A stretch of 46,793 bases of DNA from an uncultured Bacilli bacterium (GCA_947629465.1 CANRDZ010000001.1:1-46793); one strand, 5' to 3'. Positions 1 through 9,529 are shown, counted from the stretch's first letter. Notes: generated by a model from the sequence alone, not told the origin. A program made the numbers and translations.

Positions 1-103
1 AAAAAAGTTCAAGAAACACCGATAAATCCTTTATTTATGGTATATAGCAAATTGAACTTTTTTATGTTATAATTTTTTTGAAGCTGATAAAGAAGGAGTA
101 AAT

Positions 104-616
104 ATGGAAAAAAAGAAAAAAGAAATTGTTAAAATGTTACTTAATCAAAATTTAGAAGAGAAAGATGAAGAAGAAATTTTTGATCTTTTAATTAATAATC
201 CAATAACAATAGATGTAGATAAAGAAAATGATAAAAAGATGACTTTGGGAGATAAAGTAGCAGATAAATTTTCTGAAATAGCTGGAAGTTGGACATTTAT
301 TATTTTGTTTTGTGTTTTTTTAGCAATATGGATTATTATAAATAGTCTATTAGCTAGTAAAGCAATAGATCCATATCCATTTATATTATTAAATTTATTA
401 TTGTCTTGTTTAGCATCATTGCAAGCTCCAATTATTATGATGAGTCAAAATAGACAAGCTAAAAAAGATACAATTAGAAATAAAAATGATTTTCATACTG
501 ATTTAAAAAGTGAATTAATTTTGGAATCTTTGCATGATGATTTAGAAAAAATACTTCAAAATCAAAAAGTAATTATGAAATATATAAAAAATATTGATGA
601 AGATAAATCTAAATAA
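104..616 (+). CDS. DUF1003-family integral membrane protein
   Basis: 170 aa. Acidic N-terminus, two TM helices, then LQAPIIMMSQNRQAKKD, typical of DUF1003. AAGGAG RBS upstream. Confidence 0.6.
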   Translation: MEKKKKEIVKMLLNQNLEEKDEEEIFDLLINNPITIDVDKENDKKMTLGDKVADKFSEIAGSWTFIILFCVFLAIWIIINSLLASKAIDPYPFILLNLLLSCLASLQAPIIMMSQNRQAKKDTIRNKNDFHTDLKSELILESLHDDLEKILQNQKVIMKYIKNIDEDKSK

Positions 617-702
617 TTTGAATTATTTTTATAAAATAATATTAAATTAGTTATTTTTATAGAAATATAATAAAAAATAATTTATAATTATTAAAGGAGG
701 GT

Positions 703-1344
703 ATGATGAGGCGATTTTTATTTAGTTTCTTTTTATGCTTTTTGCTACTGCCAATTGGAGTTAATGCTAAATATAATGCAACTAATCTAGATGAAGCCTT
801 AAACGACGAAGTTATTGTTCATGATTTTTCTAATTATAAAGAAACTGATGATCAAGTAATTATTTATTTATTTAGAGGTAATGGATGTCAACATTGTCGA
901 GCTTTCTTAAAATTTTTAAATAGTATTGTTCCTGATTATGGAAAATATTTTAAGTTAGAATCTTATGAAATATGGGATGAGAAAAATAAAGATAATAAAG
1001 CTTTACTTAATGATGTAGCCATTCATATGGGGTATGATCCCACAAATAATTTTGGTATACCTTTTATAATTATTGGTGATAAAGTTTTTGATGTTTATTC
1101 TAGTAATTATGATAATGAAATTAAAAGTACTATTATTAGGGAATATCAAAAAAAAGATAGATATGATGTATTAGTCGATATGAAAATTAAAAAAGGTAAA
1201 TCAAAAATAAATTTTGCAAATATTTTAAAAATAATTTATGGTTTATCAATAAGTGGAATTTTAGTAATAAGTATAATAAATTTTAATAAATTAAAAAAAA
1301 TTAATTTAAATATAGAAAATATGTTAAATAGTGGAAGGAAGTAA
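703..1344 (+). CDS. Exported thioredoxin-fold protein with CxxC (GCQHC), C-terminal TM anchor
   Basis: Signal peptide (FLLLPIGVNA), YLFRGNGCQHCRAF active-site-like motif, C-terminal hydrophobic helix. The start could be the second ATG at 706. Confidence 0.5.
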   Translation: MMRRFLFSFFLCFLLLPIGVNAKYNATNLDEALNDEVIVHDFSNYKETDDQVIIYLFRGNGCQHCRAFLKFLNSIVPDYGKYFKLESYEIWDEKNKDNKALLNDVAIHMGYDPTNNFGIPFIIIGDKVFDVYSSNYDNEIKSTIIREYQKKDRYDVLVDMKIKKGKSKINFANILKIIYGLSISGILVISIINFNKLKKINLNIENMLNSGRK

Positions 1345-1347
1345 AAA

Positions 1348-2043
1348 ATGAAAAAAATAATTTTAATAGTAATGATAACATTAAGTTTATTATTAGTTGG
1401 TGGTTGTGATAAAAAAGAGGTTATGACAGATACAGATGCAATTAAATTTAAAGAAGAATATGAGTCTTTAAATGGGGAAAGTAATAGTTCTGGGAAAAAA
1501 TATCGTGAAGTTAGTATAAGTTCTGAAAATCCAATTGTATATGCTACTGCAAATGATATAGTTAAAAAAATAGATAATAAAGAATCTTTTATTGTTTACT
1601 TTGGATTTAAATCTTGTCCTTGGTGCCGTAGTATGCTTGAAACTTTATTAAAAGTTGCTGAAGCTGAAAAAATAGATAAAGTATATTATGTAGATATATA
1701 TGAATTAAGAGATACATACACTTTAGATGGAGATAAACCAGTTAAAAGCAAAGATGGTGGTGAAGGCTATACTGATTTATTAGATAGATTAAAAGATGTT
1801 TTAAGTGATTATACTTTAACTAATGAAAAAGGTAAAACTATAAAAGTTGGTGAAAAAAGAATTTATGCTCCAAATATAGTAAGTGTAGTTGAAGGCGTTG
1901 CTCAAAAATTGACAACAGGTATAAGTGATTTACAAACTGATAGTTATATGGATTTAACGGATGAAATGAAAACGGAAATGTATGAAAAAATAGATTGTGT
2001 ATTTGATTGTTTAGAGAAAAAAGCTTGTACACAAGGTTGTTAG
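1348..2043 (+). CDS. Thioredoxin-fold lipoprotein with CxxC (CPWC), bacteriocin-transport-accessory (PedC/BrcD)-like
   Basis: Lipobox LLVGGC, then YFGFKSCPWCR. A further Cys-rich C-terminus (CVFDCLEKKACTQGC). Confidence 0.6.
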   Translation: MKKIILIVMITLSLLLVGGCDKKEVMTDTDAIKFKEEYESLNGESNSSGKKYREVSISSENPIVYATANDIVKKIDNKESFIVYFGFKSCPWCRSMLETLLKVAEAEKIDKVYYVDIYELRDTYTLDGDKPVKSKDGGEGYTDLLDRLKDVLSDYTLTNEKGKTIKVGEKRIYAPNIVSVVEGVAQKLTTGISDLQTDSYMDLTDEMKTEMYEKIDCVFDCLEKKACTQGC

Positions 2044-2070
2044 TAATAAATAATAGAAAGAGATGAATTA

Positions 2071-2697
2071 ATGGCAAAAAAAATCATTAGCATAAGTTTA
2101 ATAATATTTACATGTTTGTTATTAGTTGGATGTAATAATAATGATTTTACTGAAGGAATAATTGAAGGTTATGAATATAAAGAAACAGATAATATAAGTA
2201 ATTATGTAAAAATGGTTACTAATCAAAATAAAGTAGTTTTGATTGAATTATATCCTTCAATTGCTCCGATTACAGTTTCTCATTTTCAAGAGTTAGTTCA
2301 AGAAAAGTTTTATGATAATTTACTTTTTCATCGGGTTGTTCCCGGATTTGTTATTCAAACTGGTTCTCCTGATGGAACAGTATATTCAAGTTATGGTGAT
2401 TCTATAAAAGGAGAATTTAAAAACAATGGAGTGGAAAACAATTTAAAACATGAAGAAGGAGTATTATCAATGGCTAGAAGTAATGATATGGATTCTGCTA
2501 GTAGTCAATTCTTTATTTGTGTTAATAACAATGAAAATTTGAAATATTTAGATGGTAATTATGCTGCCTTTGGAAAAATTATTGCTGGTTATGATGCCAT
2601 AGTAGAAATATCCCAAGTTAAAACGGATGACAATGACAAACCTCTTACTCCCCAAAAAATAAAAACTTTAAGATTTGTTGAAATAACAAATAAATAA
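2071..2697 (+). CDS. Cyclophilin-type peptidyl-prolyl cis-trans isomerase lipoprotein
   Basis: Lipobox LLVGC. Cyclophilin signature FHRVVPGFVIQTGSP, SMARSNDMDSASSQFFI, AFGKII. Confidence 0.85.
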   Translation: MAKKIISISLIIFTCLLLVGCNNNDFTEGIIEGYEYKETDNISNYVKMVTNQNKVVLIELYPSIAPITVSHFQELVQEKFYDNLLFHRVVPGFVIQTGSPDGTVYSSYGDSIKGEFKNNGVENNLKHEEGVLSMARSNDMDSASSQFFICVNNNENLKYLDGNYAAFGKIIAGYDAIVEISQVKTDDNDKPLTPQKIKTLRFVEITNK

Positions 2698-2722
2698 CGT
2701 AGATAATTTATAGGCGGTAAAA

Positions 2723-3397
2723 ATGGAAAGAAAAAATAAAATTATTTTAATTGGAATAATTGTTTTAACTGTTTTAGTATTAATTGTTTGTGGTTATTTG
2801 TTAAGTGTTAAAAATAATGTTTTAAAAGATAGTGATAGATTTAGAATAGAATATATGGAATTAAATGATAAAACTAATAATGATTCATATCCAGTAGTAA
2901 ATATTAGTGAAAATAATACTATTAAATATATAACTTCTAATGAAGCTGTAAATTTAATTTCTCAAGGCACAGGTGTTATTTATTTTGGCTTTAATAGTTG
3001 TTTTCAATGTCGACTTTTAGTGGAAACACTTTTAAATAAAGCTAGCCAATTAAATGAGACAATTTATTATTTGAATATAGAAAATATTAGATCAGAATTT
3101 GCAATTTCTGATGATGAATTAATAAATACTAAAAAAGGTAGTCAAGAATATTATAAAATTTTGGATCTATTGGATGAATATTTAGATGAATATTATTTAA
3201 CTGATAATAATTTTAATGATTATGATACTTTTGAAAAAAGATTACAAGCTCCAACATTGTTAGCTATAAAAAATGGGGAAGTAACAGATATTCATGTAGG
3301 TACAGTTGAAGAAGAAAACATTTCTGATGGTCTTAAAAATGAGCAATTAAAAGAGTTAGAAAAAATTATTGAAAATTTAATTATTAGTAAAAATTGA
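2723..3397 (+). CDS. Membrane-anchored thioredoxin-fold protein with CxxC (CFQC), paralog of 1348..2043
   Basis: N-terminal TM helix. YFGFNSCFQCRLL aligns with YFGFKSCPWCRSM of the neighbouring paralog. Shared APxxxxxxxGE C-terminal motif. Confidence 0.55.
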   Translation: MERKNKIILIGIIVLTVLVLIVCGYLLSVKNNVLKDSDRFRIEYMELNDKTNNDSYPVVNISENNTIKYITSNEAVNLISQGTGVIYFGFNSCFQCRLLVETLLNKASQLNETIYYLNIENIRSEFAISDDELINTKKGSQEYYKILDLLDEYLDEYYLTDNNFNDYDTFEKRLQAPTLLAIKNGEVTDIHVGTVEEENISDGLKNEQLKELEKIIENLIISKN

Positions 3398-3454
3398 TAT
3401 TAATATTTAAAAAAATTTGATATAATGAAAAAGAAATAATAAGGGTGAATTATT

Positions 3455-4378
3455 ATGGCAAAGAAAAAAACTAAAATTGAATTAGAAAATATTGAATTAA
3501 AACCACAAGTTATTGGATATACTTATAAAAAGAAATCTAATCTTGGAAGAGTTACATTTATTTTTATTTGTTTTGTTTTAGTTATTTATTATATAAATGA
3601 TATTAGTGTGTATATTAATAATTTATTAGGTAAAAATACTGCTGAAACTATTCAGAATAATACTACTTCTAATAAAGATAAAGAAGATGTTCCAGGGGAA
3701 TCTAAAAATATTGTTTATAATGTTTTTAGTGAAGATTTAGCAATAACAGAAAATAATTTAGTATTAAATAATTTTAAATTAGCTGATAAAGTTTTATCTT
3801 TTGACGCTAATAATAATACTAATACAATGATTGATTTGACAAATAAAAAATATTTTTTAGAAATTTATACGCAAGGTAAAACTTTGCTTAAAAGAATGAA
3901 AATAGATTTTAATAATATAAATGCTAATTCTAAAATAAGTTTAATGTTTGATGTCGATAGTGAATTTTATTATATTGCAATAGTGGAAAAAACTATTGAT
4001 GATTATCCACAACCTTCTTTCACTCAAACGAATGGTATTATTAATTTTACTTGCAAAAAAGGAAATGAAGAAATTAATTATAATTTTCAAGATAATAAAT
4101 TAACTGCAATTAAGCATACAATAGTTGATAATAATATTAATGATAGTGATTATTCTTCTAGATATTTATCTTATCAAAATAAAGTACGTGAATATAATAA
4201 TTTAAATGGTGTTAATGCTGCTTTTGATGGAACAGTTAATGGTTTTAAAGTAACAATTTCTATTGCTTTAAGTAGTTTAGAAGAAAAATTAAGTGAAAAA
4301 TATTATTTTCAATCTGAAACGACACCTAGAATAGTAAATTTTGAAATGGAAACTTATGGATTTAAATGCCAACAATAA
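3455..4378 (+). CDS. Hypothetical membrane-anchored protein
   Basis: 307-aa ORF with one N-terminal TM (VTFIFICFVLVIYYI) and an Asn-rich extracytoplasmic part. No recognisable motif. Confidence 0.4.
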   Translation: MAKKKTKIELENIELKPQVIGYTYKKKSNLGRVTFIFICFVLVIYYINDISVYINNLLGKNTAETIQNNTTSNKDKEDVPGESKNIVYNVFSEDLAITENNLVLNNFKLADKVLSFDANNNTNTMIDLTNKKYFLEIYTQGKTLLKRMKIDFNNINANSKISLMFDVDSEFYYIAIVEKTIDDYPQPSFTQTNGIINFTCKKGNEEINYNFQDNKLTAIKHTIVDNNINDSDYSSRYLSYQNKVREYNNLNGVNAAFDGTVNGFKVTISIALSSLEEKLSEKYYFQSETTPRIVNFEMETYGFKCQQ

Positions 4379-4386
4379 GGTGATTT

Positions 4387-5109
4387 ATGAATATACAATT
4401 AGAAGATTTTGAAGGACCTTTTGATTTACTTTTACATTTAATAAAAGTCTCTAAAATGGATATATATAATATTAATATTAAAGATATAATTGATCAATAT
4501 TTAATGTTTATTAATGATCATAAAGATGATATAGATATATCTAGTGAATATTTAGTTATGTCATCAGAACTAGTTCATTTAAAAAGTAAAATGTTAGTAA
4601 ATAAAAATGATTTTGATGAAGAAGGGGAAGATGAATATTTAATTAAGAGTGAAGAGGATTTAAAAAATAAATTAATTGAATATGAAAAATATAAAAATAT
4701 GACTGATACTTTTAGAAAGTTATCAGAAAATAGGAATGATTATTATACAAAAATTCCAGAAAATTTAAGTAATTATATAGAAGATGAAAAAGTAGTTAAT
4801 AGTAATGTTTCAATTGATGAATTAATAAATGCTTTTTTAGAAATGCAAAAAAGAGTAAATTTTGCTAAACCTATAACAACAAGAATTACCAGAAAAGAAT
4901 ATAGTGTTAAAGAGAGAATAAATGAAATTAGAAGTTTGCTTAAAAAAAAGAATAAATTGGAATTTACTGAACTTTTTGATATTTTGACTAAAGAATCTTT
5001 GGTTGTTACTTTTTTATCTATATTAGATATGAGTAAAAATAAAGAAATTACTTTAAAACAAGATAAATTATTTAGTACTATTATCATAGAAAGAGTTGAA
5101 GAAGCATGA
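4387..5109 (+). CDS. scpA: Segregation and condensation protein A
   Basis: N-terminal FEGPFDLLLHLI motif, about 240 aa, 4-nt overlap with scpB. Confidence 0.85.
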   Translation: MNIQLEDFEGPFDLLLHLIKVSKMDIYNINIKDIIDQYLMFINDHKDDIDISSEYLVMSSELVHLKSKMLVNKNDFDEEGEDEYLIKSEEDLKNKLIEYEKYKNMTDTFRKLSENRNDYYTKIPENLSNYIEDEKVVNSNVSIDELINAFLEMQKRVNFAKPITTRITRKEYSVKERINEIRSLLKKKNKLEFTELFDILTKESLVVTFLSILDMSKNKEITLKQDKLFSTIIIERVEEA

Positions 5110-5672
5110 ATTTAGTAGGAGTTTTAGAGGGTATATTGTTCGTTGTTGGTGATGATGGCATTAGTATGGAAAACATATGTAAAACTTTAGAAGTTGATGA
5201 AGCTAAAGCAAAAGAACTCTTATTATATTTAAAAAAAACGTACGAAAGTGAAGAAAGAGGTTTAAAAATTAGCTTTTTGGGAGATGTCTTTAAACTTACA
5301 ACTAAAAAAGAGCATAAAGAATATTATCAAAAACTAATCGAAAATAAAGAAGAAGTATTATCTCAAGCTCAATTAGAAGTTTTAGCTATTATTGCCTATA
5401 ATGAACCGATTACTAGAATTGAAATTGATGAAATTAGGGGAATAAGTAGTTCTCATATCATAAAAAAATTATTAAGCAAAGATCTTATTAAAGTAGTTGG
5501 TAAAAGTACTTTACCAGGTAAGCCAAATTTATATCGTACGACAAGGGAATTTTTGGATTGTTTTGGTCTTGCTACTTTAAATGATTTACCTGATTTAATA
5601 TTAGAAAATAATGATGATATTGAAACAAAAGATTTATTTCCAAAAAAAGAAATAAATGAAGAAAAAATTTAG
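5106..5672 (+). CDS. scpB: Segregation and condensation protein B
   Basis: GILFVVGDDGIS, LEVLAIIAYNEPITRIEIDEIRG, GKPNLYRTT winged-helix motifs. Coupled to scpA. Confidence 0.85.
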   Translation: MNLVGVLEGILFVVGDDGISMENICKTLEVDEAKAKELLLYLKKTYESEERGLKISFLGDVFKLTTKKEHKEYYQKLIENKEEVLSQAQLEVLAIIAYNEPITRIEIDEIRGISSSHIIKKLLSKDLIKVVGKSTLPGKPNLYRTTREFLDCFGLATLNDLPDLILENNDDIETKDLFPKKEINEEKI

Positions 5673-5710
5673 TAAATTTTTATTTTTTATGTTATAATTT
5701 ATTTGTGCTT

Positions 5711-5796
5711 GCTCGTATGGCGGAATTGGTAGACGCGATAGACTCAAAATCTATTTTCCTTTGGAAGTTTCGGTTCAAGTCCGAATACGAGCACCA
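5711..5796 (+). tRNA. tRNA-Leu (anticodon CAA), CCA encoded
   Basis: Acceptor stem gctcgta/tacgagc, anticodon loop ctCAAaa, long variable arm, TPsiC ggttcaagtcc, 3' acca. Extended -10 TGtTATAAT at 5690..5698. Confidence 0.9.
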
Positions 5797-5849
5797 GATA
5801 TTGATAGGAAACTCGGACTATTTATAATTCGAGTATGTATAACATAAAG

Positions 5850-5878
5850 ACAACTTGCCAAAAAGTTGTTTTTATTTT
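5850..5878 (+). terminator. Rho-independent terminator after tRNA-Leu
   Basis: Stem acaactt/aagttgt followed by a T-run (tttttatttt). Confidence 0.5.
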
Positions 5879-5981
5879 ACTATGAATAGTATGTCTATTT
5901 TTTGATTAAATTTTTTATAGGCAAATAAATTATTTAACTAAAAAATAATTTTCATAATATATAAAGAAAGGAATATATATT

Positions 5982-6230
5982 ATGAATACATATAGAGTGT
6001 TAAATTATCCAAACAATTATCCTGTAACTCCCCTTAATAATGATCGTTACTTTTTACTTCCATTTTTAGGAGGAGCATTAGTTGGAGGTGCTGCGGTAGG
6101 GTTAACTCGGCCAAGACCTATCTATAATGTAGCCCCAAATCCAGGATATGGAAGACCACCATATGTTCCAAATGCTCCTTATTATAATAATTCTTATAGT
6201 TATTACGTTCCATATCCTAGATATTATTAG
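5982..6230 (+). CDS. Small Pro/Tyr/Asn-rich protein with a central Gly-hydrophobic segment
   Basis: 82-aa ORF, extreme composition (many Y, P, N), GGALVGGAAVG core. GGA-rich RBS (aaagaaaggaat) upstream. Confidence 0.4.
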   Translation: MNTYRVLNYPNNYPVTPLNNDRYFLLPFLGGALVGGAAVGLTRPRPIYNVAPNPGYGRPPYVPNAPYYNNSYSYYVPYPRYY

Positions 6231-6266
6231 TTTTTATAAAAGAAAATAATAATAATTTATAATATC

Positions 6267-6297
6267 AAAAAGCTTCAAAACTTTAATTGAAGCTTTT
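6267..6297. terminator. Bidirectional hairpin terminator between convergent genes
   Basis: aaaagcttcaa / ttgaagctttt 11-bp stem with A- and T-runs on either side. It overlaps the sortase stop codon. Confidence 0.55.
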
Positions 6298-6831
6298 CAT
6301 TTGACATATTATTACTAATTGTTTATTTTTTTTATTACTACATGTTGTTAAAACAAGAATATTTTTATAATTTTTATCAATTGTTATTTTGCCATTTTTT
6401 TCTGTTTCATATATATTTATTATATTATAATAATAAATCTTATCTTTGTAATATAGATTAACTTCATCATTTATTTTTAATTTATATAAATTTTTAAAAT
6501 AGGCATTTTTTCCATTACCTGAATGGGACGCTAAAGCAATTATACTATTATCTTCATCAGGCATGATTGAATTTTTTAATAATTTTATATTTTTATTAAC
6601 ATTATTATTTTTGTCATTTAGCGAATAAAATCCTTTTTCTAAATCTATAGCATTAATTTTTAATAATCCTAAATAATTATTATCAGTTTCTTTGATTGTT
6701 TTTATATTTGTTTGAAAGTATCTTTGAACTAATCTTTTTTCTTGAATATTATATAAATAATCATTTAAATAAAAAACTATATTAATAATTAGAAAAATAA
6801 TAAGTAATATTTTAATTTTCTTTTTTTTCAT
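6283..6831 (-). CDS. Sortase-family transpeptidase (atypical: no Arg downstream of the catalytic Cys)
   Basis: N-terminal TM, ALASHSGNG (His), LVLTTCS (TLxTC-like Cys). Overlaps the adhesin gene 3' end by 20 nt. Confidence 0.65.
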   Translation of the reverse strand: MKKKKIKILLIIFLIINIVFYLNDYLYNIQEKRLVQRYFQTNIKTIKETDNNYLGLLKINAIDLEKGFYSLNDKNNNVNKNIKLLKNSIMPDEDNSIIALASHSGNGKNAYFKNLYKLKINDEVNLYYKDKIYYYNIINIYETEKNGKITIDKNYKNILVLTTCSNKKNKQLVIICQMKSFN

Positions 6832-9529
6832 AAAAACATATGCCTAAAATAATCAAAATAAGTAAAACTATCATATTTAAATCATAACTTTTAGTATTAG
6901 GTACATCAAAAGTAAAATCTTTATTTTGAATTGGTTCATTAATTAGTTCTAAATTTATTTCATCATTTTCATTATTTATATCAAAATAAAGTCTTGTATT
7001 ATTTAATAAGTATCCTTCAGGAGCTTCAATTTCTTCTAAAAAATATTTGCCTATTATTAAATTATTTAAAGTAATATTTCCCAATTCATCAGTTTTTCCT
7101 TCATATATTAATGTTGCTTCATTTTCATCAGTTGTATATTTATAAATAGCTATTTTAGCATTTGGTAAAGGACTATTTGAATTATTTTTTTTATTAAAAA
7201 TTAATTTACCTTTTTTTAAATAATTTTTAATATTTATATTTACATTAACAATTTCTGTATATTGATCTTGATAAGATAAATTAATATCATACTTATTTTT
7301 ATCTAATAAATAACCATCGGGAGTTTCTTTTTCTATTAAATAATAATTGCCTAAATATAAATCATTTATTGCTATTTTACCATTTATTGTTTGATAGGTG
7401 TTTATTAAAGTGTCTTTTTTATAAATTAATGTATGATCTCCACTATAAATGTCTTCTTTTGCATATAATTCAAATATAACATTATCTAATGGTATATCAA
7501 GATATGAATATGTATTGTTACCTAGGTTTAATTCTTCTCCTAGTTTTTCAATTATAATATTTCCTTTAACTTCTTTATTTGCAAATTTTAATTCTAAAAT
7601 TGTTCCTAAACCATCAACGTTTTCTAATTTAGAATTTTTACTAATTTCAAATTTTAATGGTTCTTTATTCCATAGATAACCTGTAATTTTTTGATCAATT
7701 TCTTCTAATTGATATATTCCTCCTGTTAATTCATATGGTGTATATAAATAGCCATTAATATCTGTTTCATAAATACAAATATTTTCTAAATTAGGATAAG
7801 TTAATTGTTGACAAACATATTCATTGGTTTTTAGATTTTTAATTTTAAATTTTATTCCTTTTAAAGGAATATTTTTTTTAGTTATAGAATCAATTTTAAT
7901 TATTTTTAATCTTGCTTTTATTAGCTCATTATTGATTACTTTTTCTATATCATTAGATTTAATATTTATTGTAAAACAGGCAGCATTATTAGTAAATTCA
8001 CTTCCTTTAATTTGACAAACTTGATATGTCCCATAGGGTAGAGTTATACTAGCTTTTCCATTTTGATCTGTAATCATTTTACCTATAAGTTTATTATTTT
8101 TAGCTAAATAAATATTAAATTCAGCATTTGGTTCAATTTCAACAATTCCACTTTTGCCATCACCCTCTGTTTTTAATAGAGAAAATTTATATTTAATAAC
8201 TGGTTCTTTTGATAGAACTTTTAAAACTTCATTTTCATGTTGAATAAAAATTGTATACTCTGAATTATCAATTTTATATCCTTCGCTTGGTTTTATTTCT
8301 TTAACTATATATTTTCCATAGGGTAGAAGTATTGATTTTGCATAACCATTTTCATCAGTTATTAATTCTGATATTTTTTCTCCATTCATATTGTAAATAC
8401 CATAAATTGCTCCTTTTAAAGTTGCATCACCTTGAGAAATGTTTCCGGTTTCACTGTCGGTTTTATAAATTTCAATTGTACCTTCAATTAATTTATTGCT
8501 AATATCATATGATATTTTTGGTGTTGAAGAATTTATATTAAAAGAATAAATTTTATCACTTATTTTATAACCTTCAGGACAACTTATTTCTTTCATTGTA
8601 TAACTTCCATAAGTTAAGTTATCACATTTGCCATAACCATATTCATCAGTAGTTATTCTACATACTTCTTCATTGGCTTCATTATATATTCCAAAAACAA
8701 CATTACTAATTTTTTCTCCTTTTTGATTTGTTTTAGTAACTTCTACTTCGCCATAAACAACTTCTAAAAATATATTTACATAAACATTAGTTAGATCAGA
8801 AATACCAAAATAAGCTTGTTTTTGACTACCGTCTGCATAATAAAATTTAGTGTATTTATCAGTATAACTATTATTAACTAAATTAAAAGTTAAATCTTCT
8901 TTTGAATTAAATTTAATATATAAATTATTACCTTCAATTCGACTTTGAGAATTTAATTGATAGAGAATTCTAAAATTAGATAAAACATTATTTTCATCAG
9001 TTAATACTAGCTCTTCACCAACAATAATTTTATGACGAGTTAAATCAAATGAAGGTTTCAGTCCATGTTGATTAATAAGTCTATTTATTTCATCTCTTTC
9101 ATCTTTTAAATCAATAAATTTTCCTCCACCACCAATTTCAGTCCATACTTCATTTTGTTGACCTCCAATAGCTTCCCAAATCATAAGTTGGGTAGCCATT
9201 TTATAACGAAGAGTTTGATGATTTGGATAATCATAGCCATAATAAGCAATTAAATTAATTTTTCTTGTTAATTCTTCATCATAAGGTGAAGTAGTTTCTT
9301 TTAAATAATCAGATTCTTTATTTATGGTAATTCCTGGCTCAATACAATAGGTTGTATCACCATCAATTTTATAAGTATATAATTCTCCAGAATGCGGTTT
9401 ATCATTACCACCTCGACGATAAAAATAATAATCGGTAAAACTTTCGGTTATCTGGTATGCTTTAACTCCATTTGAACAACTAAATAATAAAATAAAAAAT
9501 AAAACAAAAAATAGAAAATTTTTTTTCAT
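6812..9529 (-). CDS. Cell-surface adhesin: N-terminal thioester domain (TED) plus about 6 SpaA/Cna-B-type repeat domains and a C-terminal sorting-like signal
   Basis: Signal peptide. TYCIEPG (thioester Cys) and ATQLMIWEA (TQxxIW Gln). Repeated ...KTD/N..G..L.GA.F.I....G......TD.NG......L.YG.Y...E...P.GY... modules. Tail DVPNTKS + hydrophobic helix + EKKEN. Confidence 0.8.
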   Translation of the reverse strand: MKKNFLFFVLFFILLFSCSNGVKAYQITESFTDYYFYRRGGNDKPHSGELYTYKIDGDTTYCIEPGITINKESDYLKETTSPYDEELTRKINLIAYYGYDYPNHQTLRYKMATQLMIWEAIGGQQNEVWTEIGGGGKFIDLKDERDEINRLINQHGLKPSFDLTRHKIIVGEELVLTDENNVLSNFRILYQLNSQSRIEGNNLYIKFNSKEDLTFNLVNNSYTDKYTKFYYADGSQKQAYFGISDLTNVYVNIFLEVVYGEVEVTKTNQKGEKISNVVFGIYNEANEEVCRITTDEYGYGKCDNLTYGSYTMKEISCPEGYKISDKIYSFNINSSTPKISYDISNKLIEGTIEIYKTDSETGNISQGDATLKGAIYGIYNMNGEKISELITDENGYAKSILLPYGKYIVKEIKPSEGYKIDNSEYTIFIQHENEVLKVLSKEPVIKYKFSLLKTEGDGKSGIVEIEPNAEFNIYLAKNNKLIGKMITDQNGKASITLPYGTYQVCQIKGSEFTNNAACFTINIKSNDIEKVINNELIKARLKIIKIDSITKKNIPLKGIKFKIKNLKTNEYVCQQLTYPNLENICIYETDINGYLYTPYELTGGIYQLEEIDQKITGYLWNKEPLKFEISKNSKLENVDGLGTILELKFANKEVKGNIIIEKLGEELNLGNNTYSYLDIPLDNVIFELYAKEDIYSGDHTLIYKKDTLINTYQTINGKIAINDLYLGNYYLIEKETPDGYLLDKNKYDINLSYQDQYTEIVNVNINIKNYLKKGKLIFNKKNNSNSPLPNAKIAIYKYTTDENEATLIYEGKTDELGNITLNNLIIGKYFLEEIEAPEGYLLNNTRLYFDINNENDEINLELINEPIQNKDFTFDVPNTKSYDLNMIVLLILIILGICFYEKKEN

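Noticed and set aside
1-62. 12-bp inverted repeat aaaaaagttcaa ... ttgaactttttt at the window start
   Set aside because: The 38-nt loop makes a terminator call uncertain, and the upstream context is outside the window.
1838-2077. Antisense or shadow ORFs in the six-frame track: 1838..2077(-), 4773..5087(-), 7449..7679(+), 7824..8015(+), 9834..10076(-), 12535..12720(+), 12871..13200(+), 14062..14457(+), 15446..15967(-), 18201..18386(-), 18961..19218(+), 26803..27018(-), 27999..28244(-), 29324..29506(-), 32019..32204(-), 34416..34646(-), 34453..34905(-), 36115..36399(-), 37371..37616(+)
   Set aside because: Each lies entirely opposite a well-supported gene. Each has low-complexity Leu/Ile/Phe/Ser-rich translations typical of the antisense frames of AT-rich genes, and none has a convincing RBS.
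5937-5961. CATAataTA sigma-K-like -10 upstream of the Pro/Tyr-rich ORF
   Set aside because: The nearest AC lies at 14-nt spacing rather than 16-17. It cannot be told apart from AT-rich background.
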